NCBI GenBank assembly: GCA_963803705.1
Contig: CAWDNU010000001.1
Location: forward strand, 64,001-128,000
Length of the DNA: 64,000 bases
Direction: 5' to 3'
From: an uncultured Pseudobdellovibrionaceae bacterium
GTDB lineage: Bacteria > Bdellovibrionota > Bdellovibrionia > Bdellovibrionales > UBA1609
The position numbers and the translations under genes are program-made. Below, one piece after another: positions 41,809 through 53,029 of the stretch; the stretch's first letter is position 1, and each line of letters starts with the position of its first letter. The notes below the pieces were generated by a model, which was not told the origin of the DNA, did not search any database, and was given only the letters and a program-made list of their open reading frames with translations.

Positions 41809-42231
41809 ATGGGCATGAGCGGATCAGGTCGAGGACCAAGAAAGGCGATGAGCGAAATAAATGTCACACCTTTGGTTGATGTGATGTTGGTATTACTAAT
41901 TATTTTCATGGTGACAGCTCCGATGATGAAACAGGGGCTCAATGTTAATTTGCCTGAAACTAAAGGCACTGGAACCAAAAGCACACCAAAAAATGACCCA
42001 TTAGTAGTAACCATAAAGCAGAATAACACCGTTTTTATAGGAAAAACTAAAATTGCAGTCGATTTGTTATCTGATAAGATTAAAAGCCTGACATCTACAC
42101 TTACAGATAAACAAGTTTTTTTAGAAGCAGATAAAAAAGTGACATACGACTTGGTTGCTCGTGTGATGGGAGAAATTCAAAGCGCTGGCGTGTATAGAAT
42201 ATCATTAGTCACTGTACCTAGGGACAAATAA
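41809..42231 (+). CDS. tolR: TolR
   Basis: SEINVTPLVDVMLVLLIIFMVTAP. Confidence 0.93.
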   Translation: MGMSGSGRGPRKAMSEINVTPLVDVMLVLLIIFMVTAPMMKQGLNVNLPETKGTGTKSTPKNDPLVVTIKQNNTVFIGKTKIAVDLLSDKIKSLTSTLTDKQVFLEADKKVTYDLVARVMGEIQSAGVYRISLVTVPRDK

Positions 42232-42237
42232 TATTTT

Positions 42238-43005
42238 ATGCTTCTGATTTCAAAAGAACTTAAACCATATTTAAAAATTTCAATAGGATTTCATATTTCT
42301 ATTTTTTTAATATTTGGTGTAAAAGTATTAATTTTTCCAGATCTATCAGACTTAGACCAAGACGGAACCATTAAAGTGGATATGGTAGCATTACCAAAAA
42401 AAGAGGATAATAAAAAAGTTTCTCCACCAGAGCCAAAAAAAACGGCTAAAAAAGAAAAAGCCATAGAACCCGAAAAAAAACCCGAGACACCAAAAGTGGT
42501 AGCTCCTGTTTTAAAAAAAGACGTCAGTAAAACCAAAGAAGTAAAACCCGAACCAAAAGTCGACGAGTCCGATGCGTTTGCAAAACTCAAAGAGCTTCAG
42601 GCTTTGAAAAAGCTTAAAAGCAAACCTGACCCCGTAGAGCAATCAAATGAAGATAATCCAGAGGTCGAAAATGCTATTAAGGGTAACCGATTGGCAGTCG
42701 GAGACAGTATCGAGGGCGTCAGTCGGATTCAATATACGAACTACAAGCAAATTCTGCATAACTCAGTTAAGAATAAGTGGAATCTTCCAACTTGGATACA
42801 AGACGGCAACTTATTTGCTGAAGCTCTAGTAAAAATTAGCGAAACTGGTCACATTACTGAAAAGCTTTTAACCACATCAAGCGGAAACGCAATGTATGAT
42901 AAATATGTTCTTCAAGCCATAACTGAAGCGTCGCCTTTTCCTGCACCGCCGGATAAGTTTGTTAACATTGTCGGGGTTAAAGGTGTTGTGCTACGATTTC
43001 CTTAA
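42238..43005 (+). CDS. tolA: TolA/TonB-like energy transducer
   Basis: N-terminal TM with SxxxH, a Lys/Pro-rich linker and a TonB_C-type SSGN...ASPFPAPP domain. Confidence 0.8.
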   Translation: MLLISKELKPYLKISIGFHISIFLIFGVKVLIFPDLSDLDQDGTIKVDMVALPKKEDNKKVSPPEPKKTAKKEKAIEPEKKPETPKVVAPVLKKDVSKTKEVKPEPKVDESDAFAKLKELQALKKLKSKPDPVEQSNEDNPEVENAIKGNRLAVGDSIEGVSRIQYTNYKQILHNSVKNKWNLPTWIQDGNLFAEALVKISETGHITEKLLTTSSGNAMYDKYVLQAITEASPFPAPPDKFVNIVGVKGVVLRFP

Positions 43006-43036
43006 CCAAACATTTAAAACTATAGGATAATATTTT

Positions 43037-44452
43037 ATGAATAATATTTTAAGTTCCAAATCAGCCCGGCATCAAATTTCGATCCTAATTTTCTTTTTTA
43101 CCCTACTAAATTTTAAAATCCTACTTGCCGCCGATGATTCAATTTATATCAATGTTGGAAAGGCTGAAGTAAAAAGAAGCTTGATAGCGTTTCCAAGTCT
43201 TAAAGTAAAATCAAATAATAAAACTTTTCTTAAATCAAAAAACACCTTACAAGCAGCAATCGAAAAAAATTTAAAATTTACTAACTATTTTCAGATGATT
43301 CCTGCTGCAAGCTTTTTAGAAAATACGTCGAATGTCACATACTTACCAAAGTCACCGAAAGAAAGAAAAGGATTTGATTTTCAAAAGTGGCAAGATATCA
43401 GCGCTGAATTTTTAATTCAAGGAGTGGTCAAAAAAGTAGGGCGTAACGCCAGCACAGAGCTGTTCTTGTATTACGTCCCGAAGAACAGATTGATCTTTCA
43501 AAAAGAATATACCAGCACTGAGGGATCATTTTCAGATATCGCCAACGACTTCTCCAACGATGTTATGTTAAAATTAACTGGAACCTCTTCTATTTTTAAA
43601 ACAAAACTCGTTATGACTTCAGATAGAAATAATCCTGGGTTCAAAGAAGTTTTTACGGCAGACTGGGACGGTTCTAATTTTGAACAAATAACCACCCACA
43701 AATCTAGCTCTTTATCACCCACCTGGTCTCCAGGTGGAAATCAAATCGCTTATTCAGCGTTTACAATTGATCCAAGACAAAAGACACGAAATGTGAACTT
43801 GTATATTTACGACTTCAGAACTAAGAAAAGAAGTTTAATTTCATCCAGAAAAGGCATTAATAGTGGCGCTGACTTTTTTCCTGATGGAAAGAATCTTTTG
43901 ATGACTTTGTCGGCAACAGGTACGCCGGATATTTATAAAATAAGCCTAGACGGTAAAACACAAGGTAGAATTACCAGTGGACCATTTGGCGCCATGAATG
44001 TTGAACCATCGGTGTCCCCAGACGGAAATACAATAGTCTTTTCTTCAGATCGCAGTGGACGTCCCATGGTTTACTCAATGGTGATCAGTCCTGCTGTTAT
44101 GCCTGCAAAAAGAATTACCATAGCTGGACGGTACAACGCAGCTCCAACTTGGTCCCCTGATGGCAAAAAGATTGTTTTTGCTGGCTGGGACAGCGATCAT
44201 TTTGACGTTTTCACTATGAATTCAGATGGAACAAACTTATCTAGATTGACTCAGAGAAAAAAGGCAAACGGAAAATGGTCATCAAATGAATACCCTAGTT
44301 TTTCACCAGATGGACGCTACATAGTTTTTCAAAGCAATAGAACTGGTAGGTCGCAGATTTATATCACTGACCTTCAGGGTAGCTTCACGGTTCCTGTTAC
44401 GAATGATAGGTCTAACTACTACCAACCCAAATGGTCTCCTTTCTTAAAGTAG
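43037..44452 (+). CDS. tolB: TolB
   Basis: Multiple PD40 repeats (PTWSPGG, PSVSPDG, PTWSPDG, PSFSPDG). Confidence 0.92.
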   Translation: MNNILSSKSARHQISILIFFFTLLNFKILLAADDSIYINVGKAEVKRSLIAFPSLKVKSNNKTFLKSKNTLQAAIEKNLKFTNYFQMIPAASFLENTSNVTYLPKSPKERKGFDFQKWQDISAEFLIQGVVKKVGRNASTELFLYYVPKNRLIFQKEYTSTEGSFSDIANDFSNDVMLKLTGTSSIFKTKLVMTSDRNNPGFKEVFTADWDGSNFEQITTHKSSSLSPTWSPGGNQIAYSAFTIDPRQKTRNVNLYIYDFRTKKRSLISSRKGINSGADFFPDGKNLLMTLSATGTPDIYKISLDGKTQGRITSGPFGAMNVEPSVSPDGNTIVFSSDRSGRPMVYSMVISPAVMPAKRITIAGRYNAAPTWSPDGKKIVFAGWDSDHFDVFTMNSDGTNLSRLTQRKKANGKWSSNEYPSFSPDGRYIVFQSNRTGRSQIYITDLQGSFTVPVTNDRSNYYQPKWSPFLK

Positions 44453-44458
44453 ATAGCT

Positions 44459-46693
44459 GTGAGTTCCACAGAAAGCCGACCAAATTTGCCATCAATTGAA
44501 AGCTATAGCCCGGAAGAAATCACGGGCTATTTAAAATATTCCTCTGCAGCTCAAATTTATTTTGATCTTTTAAAAACAGAATCACTTGATCACATTTATA
44601 AAGAACGTCATGAGTCTTGGCTAAAGGTTTCTCTAGCCAACTTTTATTCACGTGTTGATCAACAATCGAGATCTTTGTACTGGTCTATGTCTATGGATCA
44701 GATCGTTCAAACGGTTTTTGATACTTATTTCACGAAAAACGACTGTATTATTGTTTTAGCTTTGGGCAAATTTGGATCCGAAGTTTTAAATCTGAGCTCA
44801 GATATAGATATTATTCTAATAGCTGATGAGCCTATTACAAATAATCTGTTGAAAAAAACCAGAGCTTTCATAAAGCACCTAAATGCAAAGACACCCTTTG
44901 GGTTTCTGACTAGAGTTGATTTAAATTTGAAGCCCACAGGTCACCCAAGTCCTGTCGTCAGCTCTGAACACTTAGTGAATTATTTGTGGAATAGCAGTGA
45001 GCTTTGGGAGCGCCTAGTTTACACCCGTTCACGCAAAGTTTGCGGAAGGTTAGCTGACGAAAAAAGTCTGTTTTCAGAAATAAGTAAGTTTTGTTTCAGA
45101 AAGTATATAAGGTTAGATCTGGTTGTGGACCTTGCCGAACTATTGCAAAAAATAATGATTAATAATTACGATGAAAAAAATATTAAGCTGTGCCCGGGAG
45201 GAATACGATCAATAGAACTGTTGCTATCTACGATACAGCTTTTGTACGCGGGACGTGTAATAGAGTTTCAAAGCCCTAAAACATATCAGATTTTAGAGTC
45301 TTTGGATAAAATTAGAATTTTCAGCAAGCCGCAAATTCACAGCTTAAGAAAAAATTATGATCTTTTAAGAAGTTTAGAAGACAAAGTGCAATCATCTTTA
45401 GACGAACAAACACATAGCTTAGAAAGTATCGATTTTTTGGAACCAACTTTAAAAGAAAATAATGATAATATAGAACTTTTTTTGAACACTATTGATAAAA
45501 GCAAATCATCAAAAAGCTCTGCAATACTTGAAAAGCTAAATGACCTTTCAATTACTTATACCCACCTAGATGAATTTGTTTTGTTTTTGAAAAAGCATCC
45601 TTCTTATGTCAAATTGTTTGAACTACATCCAAAATCGTACCAAAATTTACTAAAAAGTCTTACGTACTCCCCGCAGGTCACCAAGCTTATATTGTTAAGA
45701 CCAGATTTAATGGACATGTTTTTAGTTAAAAAAACTTACTTTGAATCAGAAGACAGCGATGAAGATTTTTTAATAAAATTAAGTGACTTCAAATCGATCA
45801 GTCAAATCACAGCTATCGGTGAATTCCTAACGAGTTTTGATTTAAACAAATTTTTACTCAGAAACTCAAAAATTGCAGATTTTAGCGTACAGCAAATTCT
45901 GAAACGTGTATTTGGAGATAAGCCTGTCGATGTGCTTAAGCTTGGTAAGTGGTCTGCAAATCAATTAGGTGTATTTTCAGACCTGGACTTTGTATTTTTA
46001 CATGAAGGTGAGGAAAATTTAAGTAAACAGGCACGTAAATTTATAAGCTACCTGACTCACGGTACATTCCATGGGCCGTTTTATAATATTGACCTAAGAT
46101 TAAGGCCATCAGGCCGCGCAGGCCCCATCCTAACTTCTTCAGAAAAGCTTAGAAGTTTTTTGGAAAAATCATCCCCGGCTTGGTTAAGACAAGCATATCT
46201 CAGAAATCATCTTTTGAATTCAAACAGAACTTTCAACTTTAAGTTACCGATCACCACTGATAGAGAAAAGTCTGAGCTTAAAGACATCAGACTCAAAAGG
46301 TTTGTTGCAACAAATCACAACTCATTGTCACTCAAAGATAATTTTGGAGCTATTGTCGACTTGGAATTTTTTATTCAGTGCTTGTTTTTAGAAACTCATG
46401 TGAGCCCTGAAAGCTATACATTTGAAAATCAGACCTTGGAACTTATTGAGCTGAAAGCAATCGACAAAATATTAGGCTTAAAGTTAATCAACAATTATAA
46501 AAAATTAAGATTTTTAGAACAATTATCCGAAATCTTATATAAAAATACGTGGGTTGATAAAAATAAATTTAGTATTATGATTAACATTGATGGTGTTAAG
46601 CAATCGTTAGAATTGGATAGTTTTGCTAGTTTGATTGAACTTATTGACGAAAATTATAAAATTATCGAGGAAAACCATCCATTTATGAAGTAA
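44459..46693 (+). CDS. glnE: GlnE-like glutamine synthetase adenylyltransferase (two nucleotidyltransferase domains)
   Basis: LGKFGSEVLNLSSDID, LGKWSANQLGVFSDLD, IDLRLRPSG and NIKLCPGGIR. Confidence 0.8.
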   Translation: MSSTESRPNLPSIESYSPEEITGYLKYSSAAQIYFDLLKTESLDHIYKERHESWLKVSLANFYSRVDQQSRSLYWSMSMDQIVQTVFDTYFTKNDCIIVLALGKFGSEVLNLSSDIDIILIADEPITNNLLKKTRAFIKHLNAKTPFGFLTRVDLNLKPTGHPSPVVSSEHLVNYLWNSSELWERLVYTRSRKVCGRLADEKSLFSEISKFCFRKYIRLDLVVDLAELLQKIMINNYDEKNIKLCPGGIRSIELLLSTIQLLYAGRVIEFQSPKTYQILESLDKIRIFSKPQIHSLRKNYDLLRSLEDKVQSSLDEQTHSLESIDFLEPTLKENNDNIELFLNTIDKSKSSKSSAILEKLNDLSITYTHLDEFVLFLKKHPSYVKLFELHPKSYQNLLKSLTYSPQVTKLILLRPDLMDMFLVKKTYFESEDSDEDFLIKLSDFKSISQITAIGEFLTSFDLNKFLLRNSKIADFSVQQILKRVFGDKPVDVLKLGKWSANQLGVFSDLDFVFLHEGEENLSKQARKFISYLTHGTFHGPFYNIDLRLRPSGRAGPILTSSEKLRSFLEKSSPAWLRQAYLRNHLLNSNRTFNFKLPITTDREKSELKDIRLKRFVATNHNSLSLKDNFGAIVDLEFFIQCLFLETHVSPESYTFENQTLELIELKAIDKILGLKLINNYKKLRFLEQLSEILYKNTWVDKNKFSIMINIDGVKQSLELDSFASLIELIDENYKIIEENHPFMK

Positions 46694-46717
46694 GCTTGTT
46701 AACTAAAAGGATTAGAA

Positions 46718-47431
46718 ATGAATTACTCAAAACTATTTTACACATGCTTGATGCTAATGTTGACCAACTGTTCAATTTTAAACACAAGCTCTTGTTCTCT
46801 TCAAAAGGATAATGTAATTGTGAACCAGCCTATTCAGGCCAGTATGAATAAGGCCAAACCAGAAACGCAGGACACCAAACTTAATAAAGTTGAAGGAGTA
46901 AAAAAAATGTACGCGGTATTTCACACCAATAAAGGTAAATTTAAAGCTCTACTACACCACACTATGGCCCCCAAAACCGTAGAAAATTTCGTTGGCTTAG
47001 CCGAAGGAACTAAAGAATTTACTGATTCTAAAACTGGCAAAAAAGTAAAACGTCCTTACTATGACGGATTAACATTTCACAGAGTTATTGAAAACTTTAT
47101 GATTCAGGGAGGTGATCCTGTCGGGAATGGCACTGGTGGGCCTGGATACAAGTTCGATGATGAATTTCATCCAGAACTTACTCATGACAAAAAGGGTGTT
47201 CTGTCTATGGCTAATGCAGGGCCTAATACAAATGGTAGCCAGTTCTTCGTAACAGTAGCAGTAGCACCACATCTAGATGCCCAAAGATCTATGAAAAGAG
47301 GCTACTCTATTTTTGGCCAAGTCGTTGAGGGTTACGATGTTGTCGAATCAATTAGCCAGGTCGAAACAAAAACTAATGATCTACCCGCAGAGCCTATCGT
47401 TATTAATAAGCTAGAGATTATTAAGGAATAA
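46718..47431 (+). CDS. Cyclophilin-type PPIase, probable lipoprotein
   Basis: FHRVIENFMIQGGDP, SMANAGPNTNGSQFF and an LTNC lipobox. Confidence 0.93.
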   Translation: MNYSKLFYTCLMLMLTNCSILNTSSCSLQKDNVIVNQPIQASMNKAKPETQDTKLNKVEGVKKMYAVFHTNKGKFKALLHHTMAPKTVENFVGLAEGTKEFTDSKTGKKVKRPYYDGLTFHRVIENFMIQGGDPVGNGTGGPGYKFDDEFHPELTHDKKGVLSMANAGPNTNGSQFFVTVAVAPHLDAQRSMKRGYSIFGQVVEGYDVVESISQVETKTNDLPAEPIVINKLEIIKE

Positions 47432-48421
47432 GTGAACTGCCTTGTAACTGGAGCCAGTGGATTTATTGGCTCTTGGCTAGTAAGAAAACTTATACATGAA
47501 GGTCATCAAGTTAAAGTTCTTTGCAGGCCAACCAGTGACTTTAGATTAATTTTAGATTTAGAATTTGAAAAGTGTTTTGGTGATATAACTGATCCTAAAA
47601 CTATTACACCTGCTCTTTCTGATATCGACACAGTTTTTCACCTTGCAGGCTATATTGGTTACAAAAAATCTGATCACGCGCTTATGGATCAAGTTAATGT
47701 TCAGGGTACAGACAATATATATAAACTTAGCCTAAAAAATAATATCAAAAACTTTATCTTTTTAAGCTCCGTTACCGCAATTGGAGCATCTTTTTCTCCG
47801 TTCGAAAGTTTAGATGAAACCTCGAAATATAACTTATCAGATTTAAATTTTGGCTATGCTGAAAGCAAAAGAAAAGGCGAAGCGATTGTCTTTGGAACCA
47901 ACTCTTCTATGAAATGCGTGGTACTGAATCCATCAACAGTTTATGGACCTGGTGATATGTTAAAATCTAGCCGAAAAAACCAGTTGATGGCGATGAAGGG
48001 TCAACTTAAATTTTATCCCTATGGGGGTGTTAGTGTAGTTGGAGTGCATGATGTTGTTGATGCAATTTATAAGTCTGTAACATTAGGCGTCCATGGGCAA
48101 AGGTATATTTTAAGTGGCGACAATCTTTTTATCAAAGATTTGATGGATAAAATTTGTTTTCACGCCAAGTCAAATCCACCTAAATTTCAGATACCTGGCT
48201 TCATTCTTGATACTCTTGGTTTCGTTGGGGATAATTTTACAAATGGTAAACCCTTAGATTCAGAGACTGCTCAAGTTATTCAGCTTTTTCATTGGTACAA
48301 AAATGAAAAAGCCGTAAATCAGCTTGAATTTAAACCTTCGCCTAGCGATCAAGTCATAAAATCTAGTGTAGACTGGGCTATGAAGAATATGATTAATAAG
48401 TCACCTTCTTCGATTAAGTAA
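47432..48421 (+). CDS. NAD-dependent epimerase/dehydratase (extended SDR)
   Basis: TGASGFIG, VFHLAG and YAESK. Confidence 0.88.
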   Translation: MNCLVTGASGFIGSWLVRKLIHEGHQVKVLCRPTSDFRLILDLEFEKCFGDITDPKTITPALSDIDTVFHLAGYIGYKKSDHALMDQVNVQGTDNIYKLSLKNNIKNFIFLSSVTAIGASFSPFESLDETSKYNLSDLNFGYAESKRKGEAIVFGTNSSMKCVVLNPSTVYGPGDMLKSSRKNQLMAMKGQLKFYPYGGVSVVGVHDVVDAIYKSVTLGVHGQRYILSGDNLFIKDLMDKICFHAKSNPPKFQIPGFILDTLGFVGDNFTNGKPLDSETAQVIQLFHWYKNEKAVNQLEFKPSPSDQVIKSSVDWAMKNMINKSPSSIK

Positions 48422-48447
48422 ATTTCAAATGATAGATAAGATTAAAT

Positions 48448-49563
48448 ATGACCAAAGTGAAAAAATTATCAAAGAGTTTAAGTAGAGGGAGAATGTTAAA
48501 TTTTGCGAACCTGATAATTGGCACCGCACTTTTTGTATTTATTTTTATAGTCGGCATATTTGCTTTCAAACCTAGCTTATCTCGGTATCCAGCCCTTAGC
48601 TCTTGCTTTAAATCATCTGTGCACAAAATCATATTGTGTAATAGAAATCCGAAATATGTTGGGTTGAATCAAATTTCTAAATTTTTCATCCATTCTGTAC
48701 TTGTTAGCGAAGATGATAGTTTTTACAACCACCAAGGTGTTGATTGGAATGAGTTTAAAAAGAGTTTTCTGGAAAATTTAAAATTGTTTCGTTTTGCAAG
48801 AGGCGGATCGACAATCACTCAACAACTAGTTAAAAACGCATATTTAAACCAGAACAAGTCCATTATAAGAAAAATTAAAGAAATTATTTTAGCTCAACAA
48901 GTTGAAAGCAAGTACTCTAAGTCAGTTATTCTAGAGAAATATTTAAATATTATTGAGTTAGGTACAGATATCTATGGCATTAAAGATGCTGCTTCAAAAT
49001 ACTTTAAAAAAAAACCAAGCGACCTAAATGTTTTAGAGTCTGTTTATTTATCAACCCTACTTCCAAATCCAAAATTATACTCAAAAAGTATTCATAATAA
49101 ACTACTTTCAAAATGGCAAAAAGAGCGGATTTTGAAAATACTAAAAAGGCTACTTCAGCGGAAACGTATTTCTAAACAGCTTTATGAAAATGCGAAATCT
49201 AAAGTTGGTTTGTTCCCATGGTTTGACTTAGTGCTAAACGAGACAAAAGAACTTAATGATGATGACTTAGAATTCTTAGATAACTTACCAGAAACAAAGC
49301 TAGAAGAAGATGCCATAGATAATTCAACAGATGATTTAGAAATCAATGATGAAAATAGATTTCTACCTACTGATAATAACGAAGATGAAAGCTTAACGGA
49401 TACTGAATCTAACACCGATTTAAATGGCTCTTTGCAGAATGAAAAAACTGAAGCAGAAGTAGATATGGAGTTACAGGATATAATTCAAAATAAAGACCTG
49501 GAAGTTGATATGAATGAAGAACCAGAACTTCTAAAAGCAATTGAGTCTGAAGAAACCATATAG
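48448..49563 (+). CDS. mtgA: Monofunctional peptidoglycan glycosyltransferase (GT51) with an acidic tail
   Basis: SEDDSFYNHQG, GGSTITQQLVKN and RKIKE. Confidence 0.85.
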   Translation: MTKVKKLSKSLSRGRMLNFANLIIGTALFVFIFIVGIFAFKPSLSRYPALSSCFKSSVHKIILCNRNPKYVGLNQISKFFIHSVLVSEDDSFYNHQGVDWNEFKKSFLENLKLFRFARGGSTITQQLVKNAYLNQNKSIIRKIKEIILAQQVESKYSKSVILEKYLNIIELGTDIYGIKDAASKYFKKKPSDLNVLESVYLSTLLPNPKLYSKSIHNKLLSKWQKERILKILKRLLQRKRISKQLYENAKSKVGLFPWFDLVLNETKELNDDDLEFLDNLPETKLEEDAIDNSTDDLEINDENRFLPTDNNEDESLTDTESNTDLNGSLQNEKTEAEVDMELQDIIQNKDLEVDMNEEPELLKAIESEETI

Positions 49564-49587
49564 ATTCTGTCGAATCCAAATTTCTTC

Positions 49588-50593
49588 TTAACCGTGTCCA
49601 CCCATCAGGAAGGCTTCTGAACTAGTGTCTTTTTGTGTAAAATCTTTGAGTCAAGTAAAATAATTCTTCGCAAAATTAAAAATTTCATTTTGTCTTTGAA
49701 CTGAAAGATCTGTTTTCTAAATTGCGATGACTCTGGATAACCTGCAGAAAACCATGTTGCAAATTTTTTTACTTGAAGACCTATGATTCGTTCATCAGCT
49801 GAGTATTTAATTTATTGTAAAGCATCTCTAGAACCGACACATGGTCCTTTTTAAATACGTCTCGTTATTGTTTTGCAATAGGTTCATGGCTTCAAGAAAT
49901 ATCCAAGGGTTTTTAAGACAGCCCCTACCTATCATCACAGCATCGCAGCCTGACTCTTGCTCAATCTTCGATTGGCCAATATTGCACTTGCTATGTCTCC
50001 ATTTCCAATGATTGGAATTTTACTTTTAGCTTTTAACTTCTTTAATGTAATCCCAATCAGCTTCACCGTTATACCCTTTGCCCGAGTACGACCATGAATA
50101 GCCACCCAAGTGACGCCTTCCTCGTAAGCTATCTGACAGACCTCGTCTGCATTTCTAGATTTTCATCCCAACCAGTTCTTATTTTAATTGTTAGACGGAA
50201 TTTGAATTTGCCTTTTAGCAGCTTGAATGACTTTTCTGAGCAGGACCAAATCTTTTAAAACAGCAGAGCCAGCTACCTTTCTTTACAACTTTAGGAACAG
50301 GACATCCAAAATTTAAATCTACGAAGTCAGCTCCCATATCTTGGCAGATCAGCGCAGCATCGGACAAAGCTTCTAAATCTTCACCGAAAATTTGAATCCC
50401 GATAGGCTTCTGGTCCGTGTAAACTGCATTATTTTTTTGGTCTTATCTGAAGAGTACTTGAGTCCGTTGGCTGACACCAGTTCAGTGACTACAACATTAA
50501 CGCCCATGCTGACCATAAAGGATCTAAATGCACAGTCAGTAATACCCGCCATAGGAGCAAGAACAAAAGGGTTTTTGACAATGTCCTTACCAA
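49588..50593 (-). CDS. tRNA-dihydrouridine synthase (DusB-like), heavily frameshifted
   Basis: PFVLAPMAGITDCAFR, DLNFGCPVPKVV, IHGRTRA, PIIGNGD, MIGRG and terminal FLMGGHG* occur in successive frames. Confidence 0.85.
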
Positions 50594-50671
50594 GTCTGCT
50601 TCAGGATCTTAATAGCAATTAAGCTAGTAGATCTGTTGGAAGTGCGGTTACAGTGGAAAGTTTTATTTGAA

Positions 50672-50746
<75 letters not shown>

Positions 50747-50786
50747 ATCAAAATTGTAATATTTAAAGAAACTAATTGTCTCATAT

Positions 50787-51952
50787 TTAATTGTCAAAGC
50801 GAAAAGCTTGGTCAAGATCAGTTATTAAATCTTGCTAATCTTCTACTCCAACGCTCAGATCGTATTAATGAGTCATCAATGCCCAACTCGCGTCTTCTTT
50901 TCTATAGGTACAGAAGCATGGGTCATAATTCCAGGATGCTCCACTAATGACTCAACGCCCCCCAGGCTTTCCGCTAAGATAAAGACTTTTACATTTTCTA
51001 AGAAGGCTCTCGCAGAATCCATTCCACCTTTGATATAAAATGTGATCATGCCCCCAAAACCTTTCATTTGAGACTGTGCAATATCAAACTGAGGATGAGA
51101 TTTTAAACCTGGATAAATCACCTTTTCAACTTTGGGATGATCGCTTAAAAACTTTGCGACCTGAATAGCGTTGGACTCATGTTGCTTCATTCTTAATGAT
51201 AGGGTTTTAAGACTTCTCAAAGCCATATATGAATCGAATGGAGAAGACGACTGACCCTATGGAATTTACTAAAAATTGAAGCTGAGCAGCTAAGTCATCA
51301 TTGTTCGTGAGGATGGCTCCACCAAGCACATCACTATGTCCACCTATGTACTTCGTCGTTGAATGGACAACTAAGTCGGCTCCCAAATCTGCCGGGTTTT
51401 GGAAATAGGGACTCATAAAAGTGTTGTCCACAGCTAAGAAGCAAGTTCTTAGACTTCGCAAAATCGGCAATTTTTTTGATGTCAAAAATTTTTAAAGTGG
51501 GATTAGTCGGGGTCTCTAACCAAATCATCTTAGTAGTCAGGAGTAATTGCTTTTTCTATGCTTTCCATTTTCGTGAAATCAACGTAAGAAAATTTTAATC
51601 CATGATTGGTCATCACCTTATCAAATAATCTGAAGGTGCCGCCATACATGTCATCCCCAGCAAGAACATGATCACCAGCTTTCAGCAAATGTAAAACTAT
51701 ATTGGTTGCAGAACATCCCGATGCTAAAGAAAAACCATACTTACATTTTCTAAACTTGCTAAACACTGTTCAAAAGCTTTTCGAGTTGGGTTCGAGGTTC
51801 GGACTGTACTCATAGCCTTTATGAACTCCCGGCGAACTCTGTGCAAAAGTTGTTGTCAAATAAATAGGCGCCATAACCGCGCCCGTTGTTTCTTCTGGTT
51901 CTTGGCCGAAATGGATGGCTCTGGTTGAAAATCCGCAGTCTTTGAAATTCAT
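50787..51952 (-). CDS. Cystathionine gamma-lyase/synthase family PLP enzyme, frameshifted
   Basis: [29 protein letters not shown] and [10 protein letters not shown] occur across five fragments. Confidence 0.9.
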
Positions 51953-52075
51953 AAATTTTCCTAAGGTATTTTTTATCCTCATTCGCTCAAACAAGCTGTA
52001 TATTTCTAGCTTAACGAAATATATTTTCTATCAAAAAACTTTTTGATTTTAAAATCGAGATTATTATTCAGCCAT

Positions 52076-53029
52076 TCACGAATCGAAGGCTTTACTCAGA
52101 TATTTACTGCCGTTATCAGGTAACATAATTAGAATTTTGCTTGGTTTTTCAAGCTTCTCTGAAAATTTAATAGCACCAACCAGTGCTGAGGCTGCAGAAG
52201 GTCCGACGAGTAAGCCCTCTTCCATAGCCATTTCTCTGCACTTCTCAAAGCTTTCTTTATCATTCACCCTTATAAAATCATCAATCACGCTAAAGTCTAA
52301 GCATTCTGGAACTAAGTCTTCTCCAATACCTTCAACAAAATAACTGTGAGGTGGGACTCTAACTTCTTTATAGTGAAAAAGATCATAAAGGATAGAACCC
52401 TCTGGATCATTACATACAATTTTTATATCTTTATTTCTACTCTTTAAATACTGGCCTACTCCAGATATTGTGCCACCAGTACCCACTCCCGCAACGAAGG
52501 CATCAATCTCTCCATTAGTCTGTTCCCATATTTCAGGGCCTGTCTTTTCAAAATGAACTCTTTGATTATCTAAATTGTCATATTGATTTGTGAAAAATGC
52601 TCCAGGTGTATCTTTGGCAATTTGTCTTGCAACAGAATAATGACTTTTTGGATCGTCAGGTTCTACACCTGTTGGAGTAATTACAACTTCCGCACCATAA
52701 GCTCTTAATGTTGCCCTTTTCTCTTCGCTGATTTTAGCCGGCATTGTAAAGACGGCCTTGTATCCTTTAATGGCAGCAACCATAGCCAAAGCCACACCTG
52801 TATTTCCAGAGGTGGCTTCTACAATTGTTCCGCCTGGTTTCAAATGTCCTCTTTTCTCTGCACCATCTACAATGGCTAATGCGATTCTATCTTTAACGCT
52901 TAATCCTGGATTGAAATATTCGAGCTTAGCCAAAAAGGTATGTTTCGAATTTTTGGGCACACACCTCTCTAAGGGGACTATAGGTGTGTTACCAATTGTT
53001 GCTAATAAATCATCATAAATTTTACTCAT
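52076..53029 (-). CDS. Cysteine synthase / O-acetylserine-dependent cystathionine beta-synthase
   Basis: KLEYFNPGLSVKDR, TSGNTG and GTGGT. Adjacent to the lyase, consistent with a reverse transsulfuration pair. Confidence 0.9.
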   Translation of the reverse strand: MSKIYDDLLATIGNTPIVPLERCVPKNSKHTFLAKLEYFNPGLSVKDRIALAIVDGAEKRGHLKPGGTIVEATSGNTGVALAMVAAIKGYKAVFTMPAKISEEKRATLRAYGAEVVITPTGVEPDDPKSHYSVARQIAKDTPGAFFTNQYDNLDNQRVHFEKTGPEIWEQTNGEIDAFVAGVGTGGTISGVGQYLKSRNKDIKIVCNDPEGSILYDLFHYKEVRVPPHSYFVEGIGEDLVPECLDFSVIDDFIRVNDKESFEKCREMAMEEGLLVGPSAASALVGAIKFSEKLEKPSKILIMLPDNGSKYLSKAFDS

